Part shown: positions 45,654-53,152 of the stretch, piece after piece | How the letters are laid out: every line of letters starts with the position of its first letter | Numbering within the stretch: position 1 is the stretch's first letter | The notes under the pieces: generated by a model | Database searches by the model: none | What the model was told of the DNA's origin: nothing | What the model saw: the letters and a program-made list of their open reading frames with translations, nothing else | Translations under genes and position numbers: made by a program | Assembly (NCBI GenBank): GCA_943371055.1 | Contig: CALRTJ020000013.1 | Span: 33,518-97,517 of the forward strand | DNA: 64,000 nucleotides | Direction: 5' to 3' | Source of the DNA: Hydrogenophaga intermedia | Lineage (GTDB): Bacteria > Pseudomonadota > Gammaproteobacteria > Burkholderiales > Burkholderiaceae_C

Positions 45654-47662
45654 TCGGCGCCCTCCTCTGCCGTGGCGGCGGCCCTGCCCTCGAAGCCCTT
45701 GAAGCGCTTCTTCTTCAGGTGCACCAGCAGCAGCGAGATCGCGGCCGGGGTCACGCCCGAGATGCGCGAGGCCTGGCCCAGGGTCTCGGGACGCTGGCGG
45801 GCCAGCTTCTGGCGCACCTCGTGGCTGAGGGCGCTGACCTGGCTGTAGTCCAGTTCGGGGGGCAGTTTCAGGTGTTCGTAGGCCTGGGCCCGGCTCACCT
45901 CCTCCACCTGCTTGTCGATGTAGCCGGCGTACTTGATGCCGATCTCCACTTGTTCGATCACGTCGCGGGCCAGGGTGCTGCCCAGTTGGGTGCTCAGTGT
46001 TTCACGTGAAACACCGGCCTCGGGGCGGGCGTGGGCGGCCAGGGCGGCGACCTTGTCGAAGTCGATGCCCGGGCGGCGCAGCAGGTCGGCCAGGTTGTAT
46101 TCGCGCTCGATGGTCTTGCCCAGCAGGGGCTCGGCCACCTCGGCCGGCAGGATGCCGGGGTGGACCCAGGTACTCTTCAGGCGCTCTGTTTCACGTGAAA
46201 CAGCGTCCCGCTTGCGGTTGAAGGCGTCCCAGCGGGCGTCGTCCACCAGGCCCAGGCCGCGGCCGATCTCGGTCAGGCGGGCATCGGCGTTGTCCTCGCG
46301 CAGCTGCAGCCGGAACTCGGCGCGGCTGGTGAACATGCGGTAGGGCTCGGACACGCCCTTGCCCACCAGGTCGTCCACCAGCACGCCCAGGTAGGCCTGG
46401 TCGCGGCGCAGGCTGAGGGCCGGGCGGCCCAGCACCTGGGCGGCGGCGTTGGCGCCCGCGAACAGGCCCTGGGCGGCGGCCTCTTCGTAGCCGGTGGTGC
46501 CGTTGATCTGACCGGCGAAGAACAGGCCGCGGATGGCCCGGGTCTCGAACAGCGGGCTCAGCTCGCGCGGGTCGAAGTAGTCGTACTCGATCGCGTAACC
46601 GGGGCGCAGGATGTGCGCCTGCTCCAGGCCCACCATCGAGCGCACCGCAGCGAGCTGGATGTCGAAGGGCAGCGAGGTGGAGATGCCGTTGGGGTAGAAC
46701 TCGTGGGTGGTCAGGCCCTCGGGCTCCAGGAAGATCTGGTGGCTGTCCTTGTCGGCGAAGCGGTTGATCTTGTCCTCGATGCTGGGGCAATAGCGCGGGC
46801 CCACGCCTTCGATGATGCCGGTGAACATCGGGCTGCGGTCGAAGCCGGAGCGGATGATCTCGTGCGTGCGCTCGTTGGTGTGGGTGATCCAGCAAGGCAG
46901 CTGGCGCGGGTGCATCCCGGCGTGGCCCAGGAAGCTGAACACCGGCACGTCGGGGCCGCTGGCGGCCGACTCGCCGTAGCGGCCCACCAGGGGCACGCCA
47001 TCGCCGGGCTGCTCGGTCAGGCGGGCGAAGTCGATGGTGCGGCCGTCCAGGCGCGGCGGGGTACCGGTCTTCAGGCGGCCCTGGGGCAGCTTCAGTTCTT
47101 TCAGCCGGGCCGACAGGCGCACGGCCGGCAGGTCACCGGCGCGGCCACCGGCGTGGTTCGCCAGGCCGACGTGGATCTTGCCATCCAGGAAGGTGCCGGC
47201 GGTCAGCACCACGCTGTGGCCCTTGAAGGTGATGCCCAGCTGGGTGACGGCGCCGGTCACGCGGTCGCCCTCGACCACCAGGTCGTCCACCGCCTGCTGG
47301 AAGATCGTCAGGTTCGGCTGGTTCTCCAGGCGCTGGCGGATCGCGGCCTTGTACAGCAGCCGGTCGGCCTGGGCGCGGGTGGCGCGCACGGCCGGGCCCT
47401 TGCTGGAGTTGAGGATGCGGAACTGGATGCCGCCCTCGTCGGTGGCCAGGCCCATGGCGCCGCCCAGGGCGTCCACCTCCTTGACCAGGTGGCCCTTGCC
47501 GATCCCGCCGATGGACGGGTTGCAGCTCATCTGACCCAGGGTCTCGATGTTGTGGGTGAGCAGCAGCGTGGCGGCGCCCATGCGGGCGGCGGCCAGGGCG
47601 GCCTCGGTGCCGGCGTGGCCGCCACCGACGACGATGACGTCGAATTCCTGGGGGTAGATCAT
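45650..47662 (-). CDS. mnmG: tRNA uridine-5-carboxymethylaminomethyl(34) synthesis enzyme MnmG (GidA)
   Basis: [29 protein letters not shown] is the FAD motif. The sequence is collinear with MnmG throughout as I recall it ([38 protein letters not shown]). Confidence 0.95.
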   Translation of the reverse strand: MIYPQEFDVIVVGGGHAGTEAALAAARMGAATLLLTHNIETLGQMSCNPSIGGIGKGHLVKEVDALGGAMGLATDEGGIQFRILNSSKGPAVRATRAQADRLLYKAAIRQRLENQPNLTIFQQAVDDLVVEGDRVTGAVTQLGITFKGHSVVLTAGTFLDGKIHVGLANHAGGRAGDLPAVRLSARLKELKLPQGRLKTGTPPRLDGRTIDFARLTEQPGDGVPLVGRYGESAASGPDVPVFSFLGHAGMHPRQLPCWITHTNERTHEIIRSGFDRSPMFTGIIEGVGPRYCPSIEDKINRFADKDSHQIFLEPEGLTTHEFYPNGISTSLPFDIQLAAVRSMVGLEQAHILRPGYAIEYDYFDPRELSPLFETRAIRGLFFAGQINGTTGYEEAAAQGLFAGANAAAQVLGRPALSLRRDQAYLGVLVDDLVGKGVSEPYRMFTSRAEFRLQLREDNADARLTEIGRGLGLVDDARWDAFNRKRDAVSRETERLKSTWVHPGILPAEVAEPLLGKTIEREYNLADLLRRPGIDFDKVAALAAHARPEAGVSRETLSTQLGSTLARDVIEQVEIGIKYAGYIDKQVEEVSRAQAYEHLKLPPELDYSQVSALSHEVRQKLARQRPETLGQASRISGVTPAAISLLLVHLKKKRFKGFEGRAAATAEEGAE
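45998..46013. promoter_or_regulatory. perfect palindromic parS site inside mnmG
   Basis: TGTTTCACGTGAAACA, an exact match to the parS consensus. It encodes VSRET. Confidence 0.85.
46187..46202. promoter_or_regulatory. perfect palindromic parS site inside mnmG (second copy)
   Basis: An identical TGTTTCACGTGAAACA lies 189 bp from the first copy. It encodes a second VSRET. Confidence 0.85.
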
Positions 47663-47789
47663 GGGCGAGCGCGGGAGCGCCGCGGCCTCGCGCGCGCGGT
47701 GCATCAACCAGATGGGGAAGCCGCAATTTTAGGCGGCGGCGGCCCCGCGCGCACGGGCCGGGCCGCCATGCCGCGGGGACAATCACCGC

Positions 47790-48050
47790 ATGGAGTGCCG
47801 TTCTCGTTGCGCCGCCTGCTGCACGGCGCCGTCCATCAGCAGCCCGATCCCCGGCATGCCCCAGGGCAAGCCGGCGGGGGTGCGCTGCATCCAGCTCGAC
47901 GACGAGGACCGCTGCCGGCTGTTCGGCGACCCGCGGCGCCCGGCGGTGTGCGGCTCGCTGCAGCCCTCCGAGGACATGTGCGGCGACAGCCGCGAGCAGG
48001 CGATGCGCTGGCTCAGTGGGCTGGAATCGCTGACGCGTCCGGGCTGCTGA
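47790..48050 (+). CDS. small YkgJ-family cysteine-cluster protein
   Basis: 86 aa. CRSRCAACC...C...C...C pattern. It is a second paralogue of the gene at 16476. Confidence 0.7.
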   Translation: MECRSRCAACCTAPSISSPIPGMPQGKPAGVRCIQLDDEDRCRLFGDPRRPAVCGSLQPSEDMCGDSREQAMRWLSGLESLTRPGC

Positions 48051-48255
48051 ACGCGGGACCGGACGGCGTGGCGGAGGCGCCCCGCCCGTCCACCCAACGG
48101 GCCCAGCCCTTGTCGAAGAAGTAGTGGGCGACGGTGTTGACCACCGGCTCCACCAGGGTCATGGCCCCGGCGATGGCCAGGCTGCCGGTCAGCGCGTAGC
48201 CCACGCCGAACGAGGTGGCGATGTGCACGAGACCGAAGGCGGCGGACTTGGCCAT
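48013..48255 (-). CDS. DUF2061-family membrane protein
   Basis: 80 aa with two TM helices. The pattern [38 protein letters not shown] resembles DUF2061. It has a 38-nt convergent overlap with the ykgJ-like gene. Confidence 0.65.
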   Translation of the reverse strand: MAKSAAFGLVHIATSFGVGYALTGSLAIAGAMTLVEPVVNTVAHYFFDKGWARWVDGRGASATPSGPAFSSPDASAIPAH

Positions 48256-48295
48256 GGGGGGCTCCTGGTGGAAGAGAGAATGGTTCGCATTGTGA

Positions 48296-48330
48296 TTGAA
48301 CTATCAGTAACTGTGTTTTGATAGTTTCAA
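48296..48330. promoter_or_regulatory. imperfect palindrome in an AT-rich divergent promoter region (candidate Crp/Fnr-family operator)
   Basis: ttgaactatca-N12-tgatagtttcaa. An overlapping TGTGA-N6-TATCA lies at 48291-48306. The site sits between the divergent DUF2061 and Crp/Fnr genes. Confidence 0.35.
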
Positions 48331-48372
48331 TCCGCGCCATAGCCCGCCCCTCCCCCGCCCTACACTGCGCCG

Positions 48373-49047
48373 ATGGACGACCCCTCCCGCCTCGAGGCCC
48401 GGCTGGGCCCGCTCTACCCCGCGGTCGCGGCCCTGCCGCCCGGGCTGCGCCAGCGTGTGCTGGCCACCCAAGCGATGCACCTGCAGGTGCCTGCCGGGGC
48501 GCCGCTGTTCGAGGAGGGCTCACCCTGCCAGGGCTTTCCGATGCTGCTCTCGGGAGAGGTCCGGGTGGCGCGCGGCTCGCAGGGCGGGCGCTCGCTGGAG
48601 CTCTACCGCGTCACCCCCGGCGAGCTGTGCGTGGCCTCCACCGCCGGCCTGTTCGGTGACCACCCGCTGGCGGCCCACGGCGTGAGCACCCAGCCCACCG
48701 AACTGGTGGTGCTGACCCCGGCGGGCTTCGAGGCCTGGGCAGCCGATCCAGGGTTTCGCCGCTTCGTCTTCGGTGTCTTCGGCGACCGACTGGCCGACCT
48801 GATGGGCCTGGCCGAGGCCGTGGCCTTCCAGCGCCTGGACCAGCGCCTGGCGGGCGCTCTGCTGGGCCACGGCAGCCCCTTGCTGACCACCCACCAGGCC
48901 CTGGCCGACGAGCTGGGCACGGTGCGCGAGATCGTCACCCGGCTGCTCAAGCGCTTCGAGCGGGCGGGCTGGCTGGCGCTGGGGCGCGAGCGCATCGAGC
49001 TGCTGGACCCCGCCGCACTGCGTCAGCTCGCCGGCGGCGCTGGGTGA
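48373..49047 (+). CDS. Crp/Fnr-family transcriptional regulator
   Basis: The N-terminus is a cNMP-binding-like domain. The C-terminal HTH is THQALADELGTVREIVTRLLKRFERAGW. Confidence 0.85.
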   Translation: MDDPSRLEARLGPLYPAVAALPPGLRQRVLATQAMHLQVPAGAPLFEEGSPCQGFPMLLSGEVRVARGSQGGRSLELYRVTPGELCVASTAGLFGDHPLAAHGVSTQPTELVVLTPAGFEAWAADPGFRRFVFGVFGDRLADLMGLAEAVAFQRLDQRLAGALLGHGSPLLTTHQALADELGTVREIVTRLLKRFERAGWLALGRERIELLDPAALRQLAGGAG

Positions 49048-49123
49048 CCACGGTCACAGACGCCCTGCCCGACCGCCGGCACCATGGGGGCACTCGAATC
49101 AACACCCCCGGAAGGAGCACCCC

Positions 49124-49318
49124 ATGAAAGCCAACGTCGGCGGCATCGACCGCATCGCCCGCATCGTCCTCGGTCTGGTCCTGATCGGCCTGGCCGCCAC
49201 TGGCACGGTGGGTGCCTGGGGCTGGATCGGCCTGGTGCCCCTGGCCACCGGCCTGACCCGCTTCTGCCCGCTCTACCCGATGCTGGGCATGAGCACCTGC
49301 CCGATGCAGAAGCCCTGA
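49124..49318 (+). CDS. DUF2892 (YgaP-like) small membrane protein
   Basis: 64 aa. NVGGIDRIARIVLGLVLI...TRFCPLY is the DUF2892 signature. Confidence 0.85.
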   Translation: MKANVGGIDRIARIVLGLVLIGLAATGTVGAWGWIGLVPLATGLTRFCPLYPMLGMSTCPMQKP

Positions 49319-49336
49319 GCCTGAGGGCTCATGGAG

Positions 49337-49375
49337 AAGGCCCGGCACGCCATGAGGCGTGGCCGGGCCTTTTGT
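49337..49375. terminator. hairpin terminator between the convergent DUF2892 gene and the repeat-peptide gene
   Basis: aaggcccggcacgcc-atga-ggcgtggccgggcctt is followed by tttg. Confidence 0.65.
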
Positions 49376-49417
49376 CTGGAAGGCCACCGGGGGTGGCGTT
49401 CGCTCCCCTACTCAGGC

Positions 49418-49585
49418 TCACCAACCGCCCGTGCGCGGCAGCTCGGTGCTGATCCAGCCGCCCGTGCGGGGCAGTTCCGTGGAGGACACCCAGCCCCCCG
49501 TGCGCGGCAGGTCCGTGGTGGACATCCAGCCACCGGTGCGGGGCAGTTCGGTGGAGGCCTGGGCGATGACAGCGTTCGTTTGCAT
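49418..49585 (-). CDS. 55-aa tandem-repeat peptide: MQTNAVIAQAST followed by four (S/T-rich linker + [E/D]LPRTGGW) units; candidate multi-core peptide precursor
   Basis: AGGAG lies 6 nt upstream of the ATG. The stop codon directly follows the last Trp, and a terminator lies just downstream. Within the octapeptide core the repeat units differ only at codon third positions. The strand assignment rests on the RBS, stop and terminator, because the opposite-strand frame shares the same third positions. Confidence 0.55.
   Translation of the reverse strand: MQTNAVIAQASTELPRTGGWMSTTDLPRTGGWVSSTELPRTGGWISTELPRTGGW
49421..49552. repeat. four tandem 33-36-nt DNA repeats
   Basis: The units begin at 49421, 49454, 49490 and 49526. 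Each contains cca-Ncc-Ncc-Ngt-gcg-Ngg-cag-Ntc. Confidence 0.9.
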
Positions 49586-49693
49586 GATGTGCTCCTGGGT
49601 CAAGGGGTTCATTCGTGGTCCGAATGAATCCATTGCACCAGTCGCACCCGCTGTCCGACAGCTACATGGCAGGGCAGGTTGACAGCCGCGGCC

Positions 49694-50428
49694 TCATCGC
49701 CTAGGCGCTTCGATCAAGCCCAGTCGCATCGCTTTGGCAGCGGCCGAATGCTTGGTCGCGCAGCCCAGCTTTCTCATGGCGTTCTTCAGGTGGAACGCCA
49801 CCGTGTGTTCGCTGATGTGCAACAACTGCCCCACGACCCAGGCGCTCTTGTCCTGCGCGGTCCAGCTGAGCACATCCTGCTCACGCATCGTCAGCTGAAC
49901 GGCAGGCTCCTCGGGGTCGGGCAGCTGGATCAGGCGCATCGCGGCGTTCTGGCTGCACAGTGCCATCAGCTGCAGCTCCTGCAGCAATGCGCCCCGGGTG
50001 TCCGCGTTGCGTGGCAGTGGATCCGGGCCGTTGACACCCAGCAGGTAATGCCGACCCGGGAAGGGGCGCATCGCAAGCCCCATGCCCTCACAGAATCCAT
50101 GGGGGGCCTGCTCCTCCCACAGGTCCTCGGCCTCGGCCTGCTGGTAGGTGTGGCGGTTCCAGACCACGGGCACCGTCTGGCACTTCAAGGCCTTGAGCAC
50201 CGGGTCTCGCCGCGAGTTGTCGGGGTCCTTGTGGGCCTTGTAGTAGGCCTCGGGGATGTTCCCGACGGAGAGGAACTGGGCTGCGCCTTCGGGTCGGTCC
50301 ACCACCATGGCTGCACTGACGGTGGCGAAATCGCGCTGGTGGGCAAAGCGCACCAGTGCGGACTGCAGGTCCTGCAGGGTGGCCGCGTTGGCCGCCTCCA
50401 GAAACTCGACCGGAATCGTCGCCAGCAT
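49694..50428 (-). CDS. LuxR-family regulator with autoinducer-binding-type N-domain (LuxR solo; no luxI in the window)
   Basis: The C-terminal HTH is LTMREQDVLSWTAQDKSAWVVGQLLHISEHTVAFHLKNAMRKLG. The N-terminal domain of about 160 aa has the size and pattern of an autoinducer-binding domain. Confidence 0.85.
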   Translation of the reverse strand: MLATIPVEFLEAANAATLQDLQSALVRFAHQRDFATVSAAMVVDRPEGAAQFLSVGNIPEAYYKAHKDPDNSRRDPVLKALKCQTVPVVWNRHTYQQAEAEDLWEEQAPHGFCEGMGLAMRPFPGRHYLLGVNGPDPLPRNADTRGALLQELQLMALCSQNAAMRLIQLPDPEEPAVQLTMREQDVLSWTAQDKSAWVVGQLLHISEHTVAFHLKNAMRKLGCATKHSAAAKAMRLGLIEAPRR

Positions 50429-50553
50429 CAAGGCCGGGCCTCCGTCGCGGCCGCGGGCCGACCTACCCACCCTGGCAGGTTGACCCGGGCGAGGCCCGCT
50501 TCACAATGGTGACGCGTCCACTTCATCCGGTCGGTCGATCGGCAAGCCCCGCC

Positions 50554-50976
50554 ATGCAACGCTGGAACACCCAAGCCCTGCCGCTCGTCGACTGGCCCCG
50601 CCTCCCGACAGTGCCCACGCGCTTCCGGCACCTCCACACCTGTGTGGAGGATTCGCCAGAACCGCAGATGCTGGAGGTCGGCTACACCGCCTGGCAATCG
50701 TTCGATGACGGACCGCCGATCCGGCTGGGGTGGGACTGGGCGCTGATCGAGGGGGGCGTGCTGGTCGTCGCCGACCCGTTCGGCATCGACACCAACCTGC
50801 GCCTGCCCCCTCGCGAGGAGTTGCCCGCGCCCATGGCCGCCGCGGCACTTCATGCGATGGTCCGCTCCCTGCCCTGGCAGTCCAGGATCCTGATGGTCCT
50901 GGAGCAGAGCAAGGCCGAGCGCGACGGCGCCGTGCACCGGCGTCGTCGTCGAGACGATCCCCCGCTGCCGGGTTGA
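50554..50976 (+). CDS. hypothetical protein divergent from the LuxR gene
   Basis: 140-aa ORF with strongly G/C-ending codons. I recognise no domain, and the start is uncertain. Confidence 0.35.
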   Translation: MQRWNTQALPLVDWPRLPTVPTRFRHLHTCVEDSPEPQMLEVGYTAWQSFDDGPPIRLGWDWALIEGGVLVVADPFGIDTNLRLPPREELPAPMAAAALHAMVRSLPWQSRILMVLEQSKAERDGAVHRRRRRDDPPLPG

Positions 50977-51221
50977 CCCGATCTTCGGAGGCGTCCTGCC
51001 GCGGTGCGGCTTCCCAACGTTCAGGCGTCCCGTCATGGTCAGACGCCCGTCATCCATCGCATATCGCGTACCCCTTGTGCGCACGCGTGATCCCCGCCCG
51101 CGGCTCTGAAGTCCGATCGTCCGGGGCTCCCTGAAACCGCCACTTTATACCGTGATCAGGGCCCGTCGGGTCACTCTGGTGGCTCCGCGAGTCGCCCGCG
51201 CGACGCCGGTTGGCGACGCCC

Positions 51222-52385
51222 TCAGCGCGCCACCACCCGCCCCAGCTGCCGCGCCACCACCGCCAGCACCGCGGCGGTCAACAGCACGCAGACCAGCGCC
51301 GGGAGCGCCAGGTCGCCCGCGGTGATGGCCTCGGCCTTGAGGACCCGGGTCATCAGGGTGCTCTGGGCGACCACCGGCAGCCACAACTGCCAGGGCTTTT
51401 CGCCGGTCTGGTTGAGCATGGACACCACCGGCAGCAGGCTGACCACCAGCACCAGCAGCGTGGAACTCGCCTGGGCCTCCTTGACGCTGCGGCAGCGGAT
51501 GGCCAGGGCCATCATGGCCGCGGCCAGCAGGCCGGCCAGGGGCAGCAGCAGCAGCACGAAGGCGCCGGCCTCTTGCCAGCCGAAGCGGAACATCGCGGCC
51601 AGCTGGTCGCTGCGCAGCAGCCACTGACCCGGCAGGAAGCTCAGGCAGGACAGCACGGCGATGGCCATGCCGACCAGGGCCACCGCGGCCCACTTGCCGG
51701 CCACCAGGGCGCCGCGCGGGGCGGGGTTCATCAGCAGCGGCTCGAGCGAGCCGCGCTCGCGCTCGCCGGCGGTGCTGTCGAGGGCCGCGCCCAGTGCCCC
51801 CGAGACCACCGCCATCAGCACCATGAAGGGCAGCATGGACATCAGGGTGGCGCCGCGGGCGGCGGGGTCGGCCAGGTCCTGCGTGTCCAGCGTGGCGGGC
51901 TGCAGCACGGCGGGCGAGACGCCGCGCAGCACCAGCTCCAGCGTGGCGCGCTCGCGCAGCCAGCCCTGCACCAGGTCCTGCACCCGGCGCTGCGCCTGGC
52001 TGGCGCGGCTGTTGGCGCTGTCGCCCACCAGGGTCAGGCGCGGCATCTCGCCGCGCGCCATCGCCGCCTCGAAGCCTTCGGGCACCCGCAGCACCGGTTC
52101 GCCCTGGCGGTTGGCGCGCAGCTCGGCTTCGAAGCCGGTCGGCGCGTCGCGCACCGTCCAGCCTTGCCGCTCGACGAAGTTGCGCAAGGAGGGCGCATGC
52201 TCCAGTCCCTGCACCCGCAGCTCTCGGGACTCGACATGGCGCTCCATGTCGTCCACCTGCATCGAGATCAGGCCCAGCATCAACGGGCCGGGCAGCACCG
52301 CGCTCAGCAGCACCGCGCGCAGGGTGCGGCGGTCGCGCAGGGCGTCGCGCAGCTCTTTCAGGAAAACCCACCAGGCGTGTCTCAT
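51222..52385 (-). CDS. ABC-2-type exporter permease (NatB-like)
   Basis: One N-terminal TM is followed by a large extracytoplasmic loop, then five C-terminal TMs. ATGA overlap with the upstream ATPase gene. Confidence 0.8.
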   Translation of the reverse strand: MRHAWWVFLKELRDALRDRRTLRAVLLSAVLPGPLMLGLISMQVDDMERHVESRELRVQGLEHAPSLRNFVERQGWTVRDAPTGFEAELRANRQGEPVLRVPEGFEAAMARGEMPRLTLVGDSANSRASQAQRRVQDLVQGWLRERATLELVLRGVSPAVLQPATLDTQDLADPAARGATLMSMLPFMVLMAVVSGALGAALDSTAGERERGSLEPLLMNPAPRGALVAGKWAAVALVGMAIAVLSCLSFLPGQWLLRSDQLAAMFRFGWQEAGAFVLLLLPLAGLLAAAMMALAIRCRSVKEAQASSTLLVLVVSLLPVVSMLNQTGEKPWQLWLPVVAQSTLMTRVLKAEAITAGDLALPALVCVLLTAAVLAVVARQLGRVVAR

Positions 52386-53152
52386 CGGGCCGCTCCTTGC
52401 GCGTCGGCGGGGGTGAAGGCCAGGTCGATGAAGGCCTGTTCGAAGTCGTCGCGGCCGGTGCGGGCCAGCAGCTCGGGCACGCTGCCGCGGGCCACGGTGC
52501 GGCCATGGGCCATGACCACGACCTCGTCGCACAGGCGCTCGACCTCCTGCATGATGTGGGTGGAGAAGACGATGCACTTGCCCTGCTCGTCGCGCAGCCG
52601 GCGCAGCGACTCGCGCAGCGCGCGGGTGGCCAGCACGTCCAGGCCGTTGGTGGGCTCGTCGAGCACGATGTTGGCCGGGTCGTGCACCAGGGCCCGGGCC
52701 AGCGCGGTCTTCATGCGCTCGCCCTGACTGAAGCCCTCGGTGCGGCGGTCCAGCAGCGGCCGCAGGTCCAGCTGCTCGGCCAGCACCTCGGCGCGGGCCT
52801 CGGCGGCCCCGGCGTCCAGGCCCTGCAGGCGGCCGTAGTAGACGATGTTCTCGCGCGCGGTCAGGCGCGGGTACAGGCCGCGGGCATCGGACAGCACGCC
52901 CAGCCGGGCCTGGGTCTGGCGCGGCGCGCGGGCCACGTCCAGCCCGTCGACGGTCACCCGGCCCTCGTCGGCCGCGCCCAGACCGGCCACCACCCGCAGC
53001 GTGGTGGTCTTGCCGGCCCCGTTGGGGCCCAGCAGGCCGGTGATGCGGCCGTCGGCGGCGCGCCAGCTGGCGCCCTGCACCGCCTGGACCACCTGGGCCT
53101 TGCGGCCCCAGCCGCTGCGGAAGCGGCAGTGGAGTTGTTCAACCTCGATCAT
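52382..53152 (-). CDS. ABC transporter ATP-binding protein (NatA-like)
   Basis: Walker A GPNGAGKTT, signature FSQGERMK, Walker B IVLDEPTNGLD and the H-loop STH are present. Confidence 0.9.
   Translation of the reverse strand: MIEVEQLHCRFRSGWGRKAQVVQAVQGASWRAADGRITGLLGPNGAGKTTTLRVVAGLGAADEGRVTVDGLDVARAPRQTQARLGVLSDARGLYPRLTARENIVYYGRLQGLDAGAAEARAEVLAEQLDLRPLLDRRTEGFSQGERMKTALARALVHDPANIVLDEPTNGLDVLATRALRESLRRLRDEQGKCIVFSTHIMQEVERLCDEVVVMAHGRTVARGSVPELLARTGRDDFEQAFIDLAFTPADAQGAAR

Noticed and set aside
49418-49585. LPXTG sortase signals or double-glycine leader motifs in the repeat peptide (LPRTG occurs four times; GG precedes each Trp)
   Set aside because: Sortase substrates carry one C-terminal LPXTG followed by a hydrophobic segment and a basic tail, and need a signal peptide; none of that is present. 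No sortase and no C39-peptidase ABC transporter lies in the window. The E-L spacing is also off by one from the double-glycine leader consensus. Treated as coincidental resemblance.
49418-49585. Trp-codon attenuator leader peptide
   Set aside because: The ORF is followed by a terminator and then a convergent gene, not by a biosynthetic operon. The Trp codons are spread across conserved 11-12-aa repeats rather than clustered.
49331-49682. Plus-strand ORFs across the tandem repeat (for example 49359-49682, with QPPVRGSSV repeated four times)
   Set aside because: These are mirror images of the minus-strand peptide gene. This frame shares its third codon positions with the minus frame, so the substitution pattern cannot separate them. 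However, it has only a GTG start buried in the terminator hairpin, no RBS, and long non-repeat tails. The minus frame has AGGAG-ATG, a stop right after the last repeat and a terminator. Not fully excluded.
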